Below, in pieces: positions 28,071 through 38,135 of a stretch of 44,999 nucleotides of DNA (position 1 is its first letter; each line of letters begins with the position of its first letter). A program made the position numbers and the translations under genes. The stretch lies in contig CAYUER010000003.1 in assembly GCA_964443785.1 (NCBI GenBank), positions 1 through 44,999 on the forward strand. The letters run 5' to 3'. The notes beneath the pieces are model-generated. The model was not told the origin of the DNA. It ran no database searches and saw only the letters and a list, made by a program, of their open reading frames with translations. Origin of the DNA: an uncultured Gammaproteobacteria bacterium (GTDB taxonomy: Bacteria > Patescibacteriota > Patescibacteriia > UBA1558 > GWA2-36-10).

Positions 28071-31019
28071 TTATTTATTTAATTTGGCATATGGACAAAT
28101 CTGAGCAAAATCACAAGTCGCACATACATGACCCGGCGTAGCTGTAAAATCTACAGCTAAAATTTTCTCAATAATATCTTGAGCCCAAATTTTTACTTTT
28201 TCTTTATCTTTATCACTACCAATAAAAGTCACTGGTTTATTGGCTCCCAAATAATAATAAGTCAAACTAGCTACTTGGCTTTGAAAAATTTCTTCAGCCG
28301 CAATTTGATAAAGCAATAATTGTTTTTTGTCCGCAAAACTAATTTTATCATCTTTGACTTTACCAGTTTTATAATCAATAATATTCCAAGTGCCATCAGG
28401 ATTGGTATCGACGCGGTCAATCACACCCCTGATAGTATAATCACCAATTTTTAGATTAAAACCTTTTTCCAAATAAAGAGTCTGTGGCCAATGACCAGTA
28501 TTGAGCTCAAAATATTCTTTTAATATCCTAGTCCCTTCTAGTTTATATTTCTCCTCTTCTGATTTTGAATCATACCACTCATCAATCCACGACTGCTCAT
28601 AGAGACCAAGTAATTCTTTGAGTGTCGGCTCTTGAGCTTTGGTAGCCTGCTGAAACAAATCAGCTTGTACAGCACTGCGACGCTCAGCCAGTAGCTCAAA
28701 AAACTGCTGCAAAGTAGCGTGCATGGTCTTACCAAAACTAAAGTGGGCATTGCCAATGGTCGGAATCTTGGCAATATAGGCATAAAAATATTGACGCGGA
28801 CAATTTTCAAAAGCTGTCAATTGTGAAAAAGAAAAATGTTTTGGTGTAGGATATTTTACTTTTTTGGCTGCTACCGACACCTTGGCTGTCTCTGTGTCAT
28901 TTTTTTTGTTTACTTGCGCTTTGAATTTCAAATTTAACTCACTCAAAAACTGCGAAGCTTTTTTGTCACGCTGACCACCATAGTCTTTGGCTAGGGTCAA
29001 AAAAACAGCTTTTTTTGCTCGAGTCAAAGCGACATAAAACAAACGCCTCTCCTCTTGAATATGAGCATCACCAGTTGGTAATTTTTCTTTGATGAAGTCT
29101 TCTGGCATATCAATCGGATCCTTGCGCTCAGTACTCGGGAAGCGTAAATGCACTAAATTGGTCACAAAAACATACTTAAATTCCAAACCTTTGGCACCAT
29201 GGACAGTCATGACTTTGACTACATCGGGACCCTCGTCAGTATCCTGAGCTAGTGATCCTGCCTCGCCAGACTCAAGCTCCAGATCAAAAGCGCGTAAAAA
29301 TTCGTGCACAGTCGTGCCTTGTAGAGCCTCTTCTTCCCAAGCTCGCACTTTTTTATAAAACTGATTAAGAAAATTTAGTTGCTCTTGGTTGTAAGCTGTT
29401 TGCTCAATAGTCAATAATTGCAAATAACCACTATCCTCTAGCCAAGTATAAATCAACTGTGAAACAGCTTGGGTTTTGGCTAGACTGGTATGTTTAGCTA
29501 AGGAGCTTAAAAAATTATCTAAAATCTTTTTTTCCGCTGGCTCGACACTCACTTCTCCTTGATAATTATTTAAAGCGTGATACAAGCTCCAATTTTTTTT
29601 ATTGGCTAGATGACTCAAGTTAATAATTGTCTCCACATTGATATTAAATAAAGGCAAACTCAATATCCTGAACAAAGCGGTTGACTCATGATAATTATCC
29701 AAGAGCTTGAGATAGGCCATGATATCCAGAGTAATATCCTGAGCATAAAGACCCTTGGAAGCCACATATTGATGTGGTAGACCTATTTTGCGCATAGTAG
29801 CCACAAAACCACTAGCTTGTTCATTGGCGCGGACCAAAATAGCAAAATCAGACCATTGCAAATCTTTTTCCGCTTTTTTGAGAGCAATTATTTTTTTGAT
29901 CACTCCATCAATCTCAGCATTTTTGTCAGTATATTCCAAAACTTGAACCTCACCCTTATCAGTGCTATGGCTGATTAATTTTTTACTAAGTTTTTGTTCA
30001 CCAATCTGATACTGATACTCCAAACGATCAGGATTATTTTGCTGAATAAAATCATAAGCGCAATCCAATATCAACTGACCAGAACGATAATTGTCTACTA
30101 GAAATACCTCCCGTAAAGCTTGCTCTTTATTTTTACTATATTCTTCTTTGAAATTTAAAATATTGGAAATAGCCGCTCCTCGAAATTTATAAATCGCCTG
30201 ATCATCATCGCCAACAACCATCAGATTATTTTTGGGAGCGGCAATTAATTTTATCAATTCATATTGCGCCCAGTTGGTATCTTGAAACTCATCAACCAAG
30301 ACATATTTAAATTGCTCCCGAAATTTTTTCAAGATAGCAGGACGCTCTTTAAATAATTTAATTGTATAATTTATCAAATCACCAAAATCCAAAGCATTAT
30401 TGTCTAGCAATAATTGCTGATAAACATGATAAGCATTAGCAATTTCCTGCAGACGCTTGGCTTCTTGATCAATATCTTCTCGATCTTTGGCCACATCAGT
30501 ATCCAGTTGAATTTTTTCGGCGTGCGCTAAATAATCTTCTGGATAAATTACTTCATCTTTGCAACGCGAGAAATGATTGAGTAGTGCATGGATAAATTTT
30601 GTGGGATTACCCAATGGTCGATAATAATCCAAAGCAAAACGATCAAGATTTTGTCTGACTAGCATCCACGAAGCAGTTTTATCTACTAGTTTAAAATCAT
30701 TCGGCAGACCAATATCTAGTCCATAACTTTTCAAAACTCTTTCACAAAAACCATGAAAAGTATTTATCCACAAATCAGCGTAGCCCAGAGGCAAAAGTTT
30801 ATCGACTCTTTCAATCATCTCACCGGCTGCTTTGTCCGTAAAAGTCATAGCTAATATTTCATCGGCCTTGGCTCGACCCTGCTCGATCAAATAAGCAATA
30901 CGCTGGCTGATCACTGTAGTCTTACCAGTACCAGCGCCAGCAATCAAAATAATAGGACCCTGATCGTGGGTCACGGCCTGATATTGCGCTAAATTAAGCT
31001 TTGATAAGTCCTGTGACAT
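28071..31019 (-). CDS. UvrD/PcrA-type SF1 helicase fused to a C-terminal PD-(D/E)XK (Cas4/AddB-like, 4-Cys) nuclease domain
   Basis: Helicase motifs are present: AGAGTGKT (Walker A), VLVDEFQDTN and VGDDDQAIYKFRGA. The C-terminus has ENC...GVIDRVD...IIDYKTGK...CATCDFAQIC (C-x(n)-C-x2-C-x5-C). The track start at 31094 overlaps the terminator of the upstream gene, so the ATG at 31019 (MSQDLSKLN) or 31028 is likely. Confidence 0.9.
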   Translation of the reverse strand: MSQDLSKLNLAQYQAVTHDQGPIILIAGAGTGKTTVISQRIAYLIEQGRAKADEILAMTFTDKAAGEMIERVDKLLPLGYADLWINTFHGFCERVLKSYGLDIGLPNDFKLVDKTASWMLVRQNLDRFALDYYRPLGNPTKFIHALLNHFSRCKDEVIYPEDYLAHAEKIQLDTDVAKDREDIDQEAKRLQEIANAYHVYQQLLLDNNALDFGDLINYTIKLFKERPAILKKFREQFKYVLVDEFQDTNWAQYELIKLIAAPKNNLMVVGDDDQAIYKFRGAAISNILNFKEEYSKNKEQALREVFLVDNYRSGQLILDCAYDFIQQNNPDRLEYQYQIGEQKLSKKLISHSTDKGEVQVLEYTDKNAEIDGVIKKIIALKKAEKDLQWSDFAILVRANEQASGFVATMRKIGLPHQYVASKGLYAQDITLDIMAYLKLLDNYHESTALFRILSLPLFNINVETIINLSHLANKKNWSLYHALNNYQGEVSVEPAEKKILDNFLSSLAKHTSLAKTQAVSQLIYTWLEDSGYLQLLTIEQTAYNQEQLNFLNQFYKKVRAWEEEALQGTTVHEFLRAFDLELESGEAGSLAQDTDEGPDVVKVMTVHGAKGLEFKYVFVTNLVHLRFPSTERKDPIDMPEDFIKEKLPTGDAHIQEERRLFYVALTRAKKAVFLTLAKDYGGQRDKKASQFLSELNLKFKAQVNKKNDTETAKVSVAAKKVKYPTPKHFSFSQLTAFENCPRQYFYAYIAKIPTIGNAHFSFGKTMHATLQQFFELLAERRSAVQADLFQQATKAQEPTLKELLGLYEQSWIDEWYDSKSEEEKYKLEGTRILKEYFELNTGHWPQTLYLEKGFNLKIGDYTIRGVIDRVDTNPDGTWNIIDYKTGKVKDDKISFADKKQLLLYQIAAEEIFQSQVASLTYYYLGANKPVTFIGSDKDKEKVKIWAQDIIEKILAVDFTATPGHVCATCDFAQICPYAKLNK

Positions 31020-31050
31020 ATAAAGCATTTTAACCAATATCAGTAAAAAA

Positions 31051-31100
31051 GGCAAAAAGAAAAAGGGCTCTTGTCTACGCCCTCTGACAAACAAGAACCC
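31051..31100 (-). terminator. Intrinsic terminator of the GC-rich gene
   Basis: On the minus strand, GGGTTCTTGT-16 nt-ACAAGAGCCC (one mismatch) is followed by TTTTTCTTTTTGCCTTTTTT. Confidence 0.55.
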
Positions 31101-31133
31101 CCTTGCCCAAACTAATGGGCTGTGCTGTTGATC

Positions 31134-31685
31134 TTAATCAACGACGAGGGCCTGGCAATCTGCCAGTTTGATGGAAAGAACCTCTCCCCGATTGGCCTCG
31201 GGGATAAAGAGGCTGGTGACCTGGAAACTGCCGTCCAGCGCCGCCTCCAGGTGAGCCTGCTCACGCTGGGAAAGCTGGCCGTACCGCAAAAGCTGCTGAG
31301 CCTTGTCAAGGACTGTTTCCTTGAAAAGTCGTTGAGCTGACCTGAGGTCAGCAGCGTGAGCTTCCTTCTCCTCCTCCAAGGAGCCGAAAGCCTGACTGCC
31401 TCCGTAGGCCAGGCAATTCTGGTGATGAGCCAAGAACAAGTTCATAGCCCCGTGATTGGCGATCGTGATCCTGACCAGGTCCTCGGTCACCTCTTCGGTG
31501 ACATGGCAACCGCGTCGGTGGCGCAGAGTAGCTCCTGGCCGGTTGTAGGGGTCGATCATGGGCCCACCAGCCAAGCGACGCACCACTGCCAAGGTGGTGT
31601 CGGTCCAATGACCGTCGATGCAGCCAATGACTGCCCCATGGTAAACCTTGTGACTCAAATTCCTTCCTCCTTGCTGAGCTTCCAT
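31134..31685 (-). CDS. GC-rich homolog of the adjacent 149-aa protein, with a beta-carbonic-anhydrase-like CxDxH...HxxC signature. Function unknown.
   Basis: The sequence MEAQQGGRNLSHKVYHGAVIGCIDGHW...RPGA...LFLAHHQNCLAYGGSQAFGSLEEEKEAH aligns to ...LAVIKCVDFRF...WPGSA...LLLWHWDCGAYGGSSNFASAQEEEAAY of ORF 31792-32241. Two hand-counted 60-nt lines gave 58% and 65% G+C. An alternative start is the TTG at 31658, preceded by AAGGAGGAAGG and a 7-nt spacer. The track start at 31754 is the TTG of a TTGACA promoter box. Confidence 0.75.
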   Translation of the reverse strand: MEAQQGGRNLSHKVYHGAVIGCIDGHWTDTTLAVVRRLAGGPMIDPYNRPGATLRHRRGCHVTEEVTEDLVRITIANHGAMNLFLAHHQNCLAYGGSQAFGSLEEEKEAHAADLRSAQRLFKETVLDKAQQLLRYGQLSQREQAHLEAALDGSFQVTSLFIPEANRGEVLSIKLADCQALVVD

Positions 31686-31725
31686 TGGTATATGGGAGAA
31701 TAGCTCCCGTGAAAAAGGAAAACAT

Positions 31726-31761
31726 ATTATGGACCAAAAATAAAAAAATGTCAATAGACAT
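31726..31761 (-). promoter_or_regulatory. Putative promoter of the GC-rich gene (TTGACA-17 nt-CATAAT). The -35 lies inside the near-palindrome ATGTCTATTGACAT.
   Basis: On the minus strand, TTGACA (31754-31749), a 17-nt spacer, then CATAAT (31731-31726). The 14-bp palindrome at 31761-31748 has one central mismatch. Confidence 0.4.
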
Positions 31762-31791
31762 TTTTTTATATAATACTTATTTTAAAATATT

Positions 31792-32241
31792 TTATTCCAA
31801 AATTGTATATTCCAAACCCTGTGGCACAGCCTTGGAATAAGCCAAGACAATTTCTAAATCAGTAGGTAAATCTGGACTCAACATATCTCGGACAGTACGC
31901 AAATCTTTTTGATAGGCAGCCTCTTCTTCTTGAGCTGAAGCAAAATTGCTACTACCACCATAAGCACCACAATCCCAGTGCCAGAGTAAAAGCAATTTTT
32001 TGACATGATGCAAATTTTTAGAAACTGCAACCATCTTTTCAGCAAAAGACATTTTAAAACCATTGTTTTTCAAAACATCTTTGGCGCTGCCTGGCCAAGC
32101 ATAGAGATCAAAATTTTTGTAACCCAAGTGCTTCTCTACAAACTCCTGATCTGATTCTCTAAAGCGAAAATCAACACATTTGATGACTGCCAAGGGGCAT
32201 TCATGTTCAGCGAGCAAATCGTTTGGTACAATGTATCCCAT
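31792..32241 (-). CDS. Small protein with a beta-carbonic-anhydrase-like zinc-ligand signature (C-V-D-F-R ... H-W-D-C-G-A). Native-composition copy.
   Basis: 149-aa ORF containing VIKCVDFRF, about 23 aa later WPGSA, and about 37 aa later LLLLWHWDCGAYGG. This spacing mimics the beta-CA CxDxR / HxxCG arrangement. AT-rich codon usage matches the rest of the window. Confidence 0.55.
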   Translation of the reverse strand: MGYIVPNDLLAEHECPLAVIKCVDFRFRESDQEFVEKHLGYKNFDLYAWPGSAKDVLKNNGFKMSFAEKMVAVSKNLHHVKKLLLLWHWDCGAYGGSSNFASAQEEEAAYQKDLRTVRDMLSPDLPTDLEIVLAYSKAVPQGLEYTILE

Positions 32242-32318
32242 ATTTTTCTTTTTTTAAGACGAGGAAAAGCTTAGCAAAAATAGGCTAAAAAGTCAATGGT
32301 AGACAAGACTCCTAAAAA

Positions 32319-32768
32319 CTACTTAGCAAAATCGCCAGGCACATGACTATGACTTTTTTTGTACTTCCTGACTACATGCAAACGAGCCAATTCTTTCTCC
32401 AATTGAGCTGAAAAATAAGCAAATTGTTCGGCATCGACTACCTGACTAGCCATTAATTCTTTGGCTCGCTTGATAGCTTCTTCGACCCTCTGTTCATCTA
32501 TCTCGTGAGCTCTCTCGGCTGTATCAGCCAAAATCACCACTTGATCAGCTAATACTTCTATAAAGCCACCAGAAACTGACATCAAATCTTCTTCTTTTTT
32601 ACCCTCTTGCTGGACGATGATTTCACCGGCTTTCAAACTACTAACCAAAGGAATGTGGTTTGGCAGGATAGTAATTTGACCAGTAGTGGTAGAAACAGAA
32701 ACCTGAGCTACTGCACCTTCGTACAGCACTTTATCTGGTGTGACAATTTTTAATAAAATTGGTTTCAT
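32319..32768 (-). CDS. atpC: ATP synthase F1 epsilon subunit
   Basis: 149-aa ORF that is the last gene of the atp operon, with an N-terminal beta-sandwich pattern (KIVTPDKVLYEG...V...T..G.ITILPNHIPL). Confidence 0.9.
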   Translation of the reverse strand: MKPILLKIVTPDKVLYEGAVAQVSVSTTTGQITILPNHIPLVSSLKAGEIIVQQEGKKEEDLMSVSGGFIEVLADQVVILADTAERAHEIDEQRVEEAIKRAKELMASQVVDAEQFAYFSAQLEKELARLHVVRKYKKSHSHVPGDFAK

Positions 32769-32775
32769 ATATCGT

Positions 32776-34270
<1,495 letters not shown>

Positions 34271-34324
34271 TCAATTTCTAACGGGGTGCATTATTATTTA
34301 TTGATAAAATTATCTTACAAAAAT

Positions 34325-35239
34325 TTAATTTAAAGCGGCACTGCCCGCAGCAATCTCAGCAATCTCAGCGGTAATACTAGCTTGACGAGCCTGATTGTAG
34401 GCCAAGGTCAATGACTCGATCATATCACCAGCAGCATCAGAGGCATTGCGCATGGCAAACATGCGAGCCGAATGCTCGCTAGCCTCACTCTCTAAAACTG
34501 CCTGATAAACTTGAATCTCTACCAAGCGAGGCAAAAAAGCATCCAAAATATTTTTCATGTCTGGTTCAAAAATAAAATCAGAAAAACTATCTACATTAAT
34601 ATCTTGCACATCTTCTTTTTTTTCGTGAACAATGTGTGCCAAACGCTCATCAATTTTTGGCACTATGGGCAAAAGTTGCATCACGTGGGGAATCTGTCTC
34701 AAAGAAGAGGCAAAATCAGTGTACGCTACAAAAACTTTATCGTATTTTTTTTCCAAAAAATTTTTAACCACCAGATGAGCAATCGGACTGACCTTGGCTG
34801 CACTAGAAGTGATGTCATCTTTGGGAAAATCAGCGACAATATTCAATTTTCTGCGTCGAGCTTCGATCTTACCTTTGGTACCCATAGTGATCAGCTCTGT
34901 ATCGACTGTTTCCGGATGATGAATATTGATAGACTGCACTACTTTATTGACCAGCTGAGCATTGAAGCTACCACACAAACCACGATTAGTACTGACCAAA
35001 ATAATTCCAACTTTTGTAATTTTTTCTGGTTCTTGAAAAAATGGATGATGCTCGGCGTTTAATTTTTTCACCAAATGCAAAACAGTGTTCCAAGCCAAGT
35101 CAGAGTAAGTCCTAGTAGCCAAAACCTTTGTCACAGCTTTACGCATCTTGGCCGCTGCCACCAACTCCATGGCTCTAGTAATCTTCTTGGTATTACGAAC
35201 TGAGCGTATTCTTCTTTTTATATCACGCGTAGCGGGCAT
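34325..35239 (-). CDS. atpG: ATP synthase F1 gamma subunit
   Basis: 304-aa ORF with the N-terminus RDIKRRI.SV.NT.KIT.AMELVAA.K and the C-terminus ITAEIAEI..G..AL. Confidence 0.95.
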   Translation of the reverse strand: MPATRDIKRRIRSVRNTKKITRAMELVAAAKMRKAVTKVLATRTYSDLAWNTVLHLVKKLNAEHHPFFQEPEKITKVGIILVSTNRGLCGSFNAQLVNKVVQSINIHHPETVDTELITMGTKGKIEARRRKLNIVADFPKDDITSSAAKVSPIAHLVVKNFLEKKYDKVFVAYTDFASSLRQIPHVMQLLPIVPKIDERLAHIVHEKKEDVQDINVDSFSDFIFEPDMKNILDAFLPRLVEIQVYQAVLESEASEHSARMFAMRNASDAAGDMIESLTLAYNQARQASITAEIAEIAAGSAALN

Positions 35240-35242
35240 AAA

Positions 35243-36757
35243 TTATTTCACTTCAACTTCCACCAATTGTTTAATAAGATTTTGCAGTTCTGTTTCTTTT
35301 TCCTCGGTCAAGACACCCTCTTTTTCAATGCTAGACAACAAATCCTTGTGGCTAGCATCTAGAGTGGCGTATAATTTCTTTTCTAATTCACTGATTTTTT
35401 CTACCGGCACAGTATCAAGATAACCATTGGTCACCGCATACAAAATAGCTACTTGCTTGGCTTGTGGTATTGGCTGATATTGACCTTGTTTCAAAATCTC
35501 AGTGACACGCATACCGCGATTGATCTGCTGCTTGGTAGCCTCATCAAGATCAGAACCAAATTGGGCAAAAGCTTCCAGCTCGCGAAACTGGGCTAAGTCT
35601 AGTTTTAATTTACCAGCCACTTTTTTCATGGCCTTGATCTGAGCAGCCGATCCAACGCGAGAGACAGAAAGACCAGAGTTCAAAGCTGGGCGCACACCTT
35701 TATAAAACAAATCTGTTTCCAAAAATATCTGTCCATCAGTGATAGAAATAACATTGGTCGGAATATAGGCAGAAATATCACCAGCTTGAGTTTCAATAAT
35801 CGGTAGAGCTGTCAATGATCCACCACCAAATTCTTGGGACATCTTGGCTGCTCTTTCTAATAAACGAGAATGCAAATAAAACACATCACCAGGATAAGCC
35901 TCGCGTCCTGGTGGACGTCGAAGCAAGAGAGAAATTTGTCTATAAGCAACTGCGTGTTTTGATAGATCATCATAAATCACTAAAACATCTTTGCCCTGAT
36001 CCATAAAATATTCACCCATAGCACAACCAGCATAAGGGGCGATATAAGCCAAAGAAGCTGATTGCGAGGCACCAGCCAAAACTACAGTAGTATACTCCAT
36101 GGCTCCAGCCTCTTCTAGCTTAGCAACAATTTTAGCAATTTTTGATTCTTTTTGGCTGATCGCCACATAAATACAGATAACATCTTTGCCTTTTTGATTG
36201 ATAATAGTATCAATAGCTAGAGCGGTTTTGCCTGTCTGTCTATCACCAATGATCAACTCTCTTTGACCTTTACCAATAGGAATGATGGAGTCAATGATTT
36301 TGATACCAGTTTGCAAAGGCTGAGTGACTGATTGACGAGTGATGACACCGGGAGCAATTTTTTCAATCGGATAAAAAGTTTTGGTCTTGATGACTCCCTT
36401 ACCATCAACTGGCTCACCCAATGGATTGACCACGCGACCAATCACTTGCTCACCTACTGGCACTTGCAATATCTTTTTTGTGGAGCTAACTTTATCACCT
36501 TCTTGTATTTTGCCATAATCACCCAAAATAATAGCGCCAATGACTTGCTCTTCTAAATTCAAAACGACGCCGGATATTTTTGATCCATCTTGAGTGGTAA
36601 TCTCTATCATTTCGGAAGCCATGACAGTCGATAAACCAGAAATTTTGGCAATACCATCACCGACCTCTAGCACTTCTCCATAAGTCTCTTCAACAAGCTC
36701 TGACTTCCAGGAAGCTAGCTTTTTCTCCAAACTTTTTACCAAATGATCATTAGACAT
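35243..36757 (-). CDS. atpA: ATP synthase F1 alpha subunit
   Basis: 504-aa ORF with Walker [10 protein letters not shown] and full-length alpha-subunit similarity. Confidence 0.97.
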   Translation of the reverse strand: MSNDHLVKSLEKKLASWKSELVEETYGEVLEVGDGIAKISGLSTVMASEMIEITTQDGSKISGVVLNLEEQVIGAIILGDYGKIQEGDKVSSTKKILQVPVGEQVIGRVVNPLGEPVDGKGVIKTKTFYPIEKIAPGVITRQSVTQPLQTGIKIIDSIIPIGKGQRELIIGDRQTGKTALAIDTIINQKGKDVICIYVAISQKESKIAKIVAKLEEAGAMEYTTVVLAGASQSASLAYIAPYAGCAMGEYFMDQGKDVLVIYDDLSKHAVAYRQISLLLRRPPGREAYPGDVFYLHSRLLERAAKMSQEFGGGSLTALPIIETQAGDISAYIPTNVISITDGQIFLETDLFYKGVRPALNSGLSVSRVGSAAQIKAMKKVAGKLKLDLAQFRELEAFAQFGSDLDEATKQQINRGMRVTEILKQGQYQPIPQAKQVAILYAVTNGYLDTVPVEKISELEKKLYATLDASHKDLLSSIEKEGVLTEEKETELQNLIKQLVEVEVK

Positions 36758-36788
36758 ATTATTATAATATTTACCCTATTAAATAAAT

Positions 36789-37196
36789 TTAATTTTTAAG
36801 TAGATGCTCTTTGAGTTTCTCCAATTGTTTTTTGACACTCAAATCAATTATTTTATCAGCATATTTTATCTTCGCGCCGCCTAGCAAATCTTGAGCATCT
36901 TTGTGCTCCAAAATAGCTTCTTTGCCAGTTTTTTTGCGTATCAAAGATTTGATAGCTGCTTGTTCACTAGTAGTCAAAGCATACTTTGACAAAACCTCGA
37001 CAGCAATTTGATTTTTATGATCGTAGGTTATTTTCTTGGTCTCATCAATCACAGCTGACAGCAAGCTAAGCTGGCCCCTTTCAGTCAAAAAATCAAAAAT
37101 GGTCGATGCTATCTTATCTACTTCTTTTTCACTGCGACCATCACTGAGGTCCCAATAAAGTTTTGATATATATTTTGCTCTTTGCCTATTATTCAT
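36789..37196 (-). CDS. atpH: ATP synthase F1 delta (OSCP) subunit, short form
   Basis: 135-aa ORF between atpF and atpA with the C-terminal delta pattern D..LLGG.KIKY.DKIIDLSVK.QL. Confidence 0.8.
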   Translation of the reverse strand: MNNRQRAKYISKLYWDLSDGRSEKEVDKIASTIFDFLTERGQLSLLSAVIDETKKITYDHKNQIAVEVLSKYALTTSEQAAIKSLIRKKTGKEAILEHKDAQDLLGGAKIKYADKIIDLSVKKQLEKLKEHLLKN

Positions 37197-37198
37197 GA

Positions 37199-37690
37199 TT
37201 ATATTTTTTTCAACATTGAATCAATATATTTTTTATCAACTTCTTTATTCATTTTATTTTCCAATACCAACTTGACTGTCTCGACAATAGTATCAGCTAG
37301 CTCTGCCTTGGCCTCCAAAAGCATCTCCTCTTGCTGATTGGCAATTTGGACTTTGGCTTTGGTGATCAAATTTTTTACTTCTTGCTTAGTCTTTTCTAGT
37401 GTAACCTGTTTTTCTTGCTCGGCTTCTTTTTTGGCTTGCATGATAATCTCAGTAGCCTTGGCTTGGGTTTCCTGCAAACTCTTTCTAATCTCGCGATCTG
37501 ATTCTGCCAATTTTTGCGCAGATTTTTCTGCATCCTTCAAGCCCTGCTCTATCTCTTGATTTCTTTTTTCCATATTGAGCATCAGGGGCTTGATAGCGAA
37601 ACGCCACAAAACAAAAGCAACGATTGTAAAATTTACAATTTGTGCCAACATTAATTTCCAATCAACTCCAAATAATTGCAATATTTCCAT
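37199..37690 (-). CDS. atpF: ATP synthase Fo subunit b
   Basis: 163-aa ORF with one N-terminal TM helix followed by a long charged helix, in the operon position expected for subunit b. Confidence 0.9.
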   Translation of the reverse strand: MEILQLFGVDWKLMLAQIVNFTIVAFVLWRFAIKPLMLNMEKRNQEIEQGLKDAEKSAQKLAESDREIRKSLQETQAKATEIIMQAKKEAEQEKQVTLEKTKQEVKNLITKAKVQIANQQEEMLLEAKAELADTIVETVKLVLENKMNKEVDKKYIDSMLKKI

Positions 37691-37707
37691 AAAATAAATT
37701 ACTTAGT

Positions 37708-37784
37708 ACTGTTCTCAAAATAAATCTAGAGTGCGGCTCGCCCCGTAATGCGGGGCGAGCCGCTCCCAAAAAATTGAGAACAGT
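37708..37784 (-). promoter_or_regulatory. Nested stem-loop between atpE and atpF (11-bp outer stem enclosing a perfect 13-bp GC-rich hairpin)
   Basis: The outer stem is ACTGTTCTCAA (37708-37718) paired with TTGAGAACAGT (37774-37784). The inner hairpin is GCGGCTCGCCCCG-taatg-CGGGGCGAGCCGC (37733-37763). Confidence 0.6.
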
Positions 37785-37793
37785 CAAAAAAAT

Positions 37794-38036
<243 letters not shown>

Positions 38037-38135
38037 CTATATTATTAAATTATTTAAAGTCGCTTACTTTTAATTAATTTATGAATTTATTTCAGACCCC
38101 CAAAAAATGAGAATCTAAATCAAAAACACAAACTA

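Noticed and set aside
31020-31094. N-terminal extension of the helicase ORF (MFVRGRRQEPFFFLPFLLILVK...).
   Set aside because: This stretch coincides with the hairpin and T-tract terminator of the upstream GC-rich gene. The helicase family N-terminus begins near MSQDLSKLNLAQYQAV.
31112-31761. Overlapping track ORFs in GC island 2 (31112-31309 -, 31122-31340 +, 31348-31761 -, 31356-31703 +).
   Set aside because: They are off-frame or antisense readings of the GC-rich gene. Only the 31134-31685 frame aligns with the neighbouring homolog.
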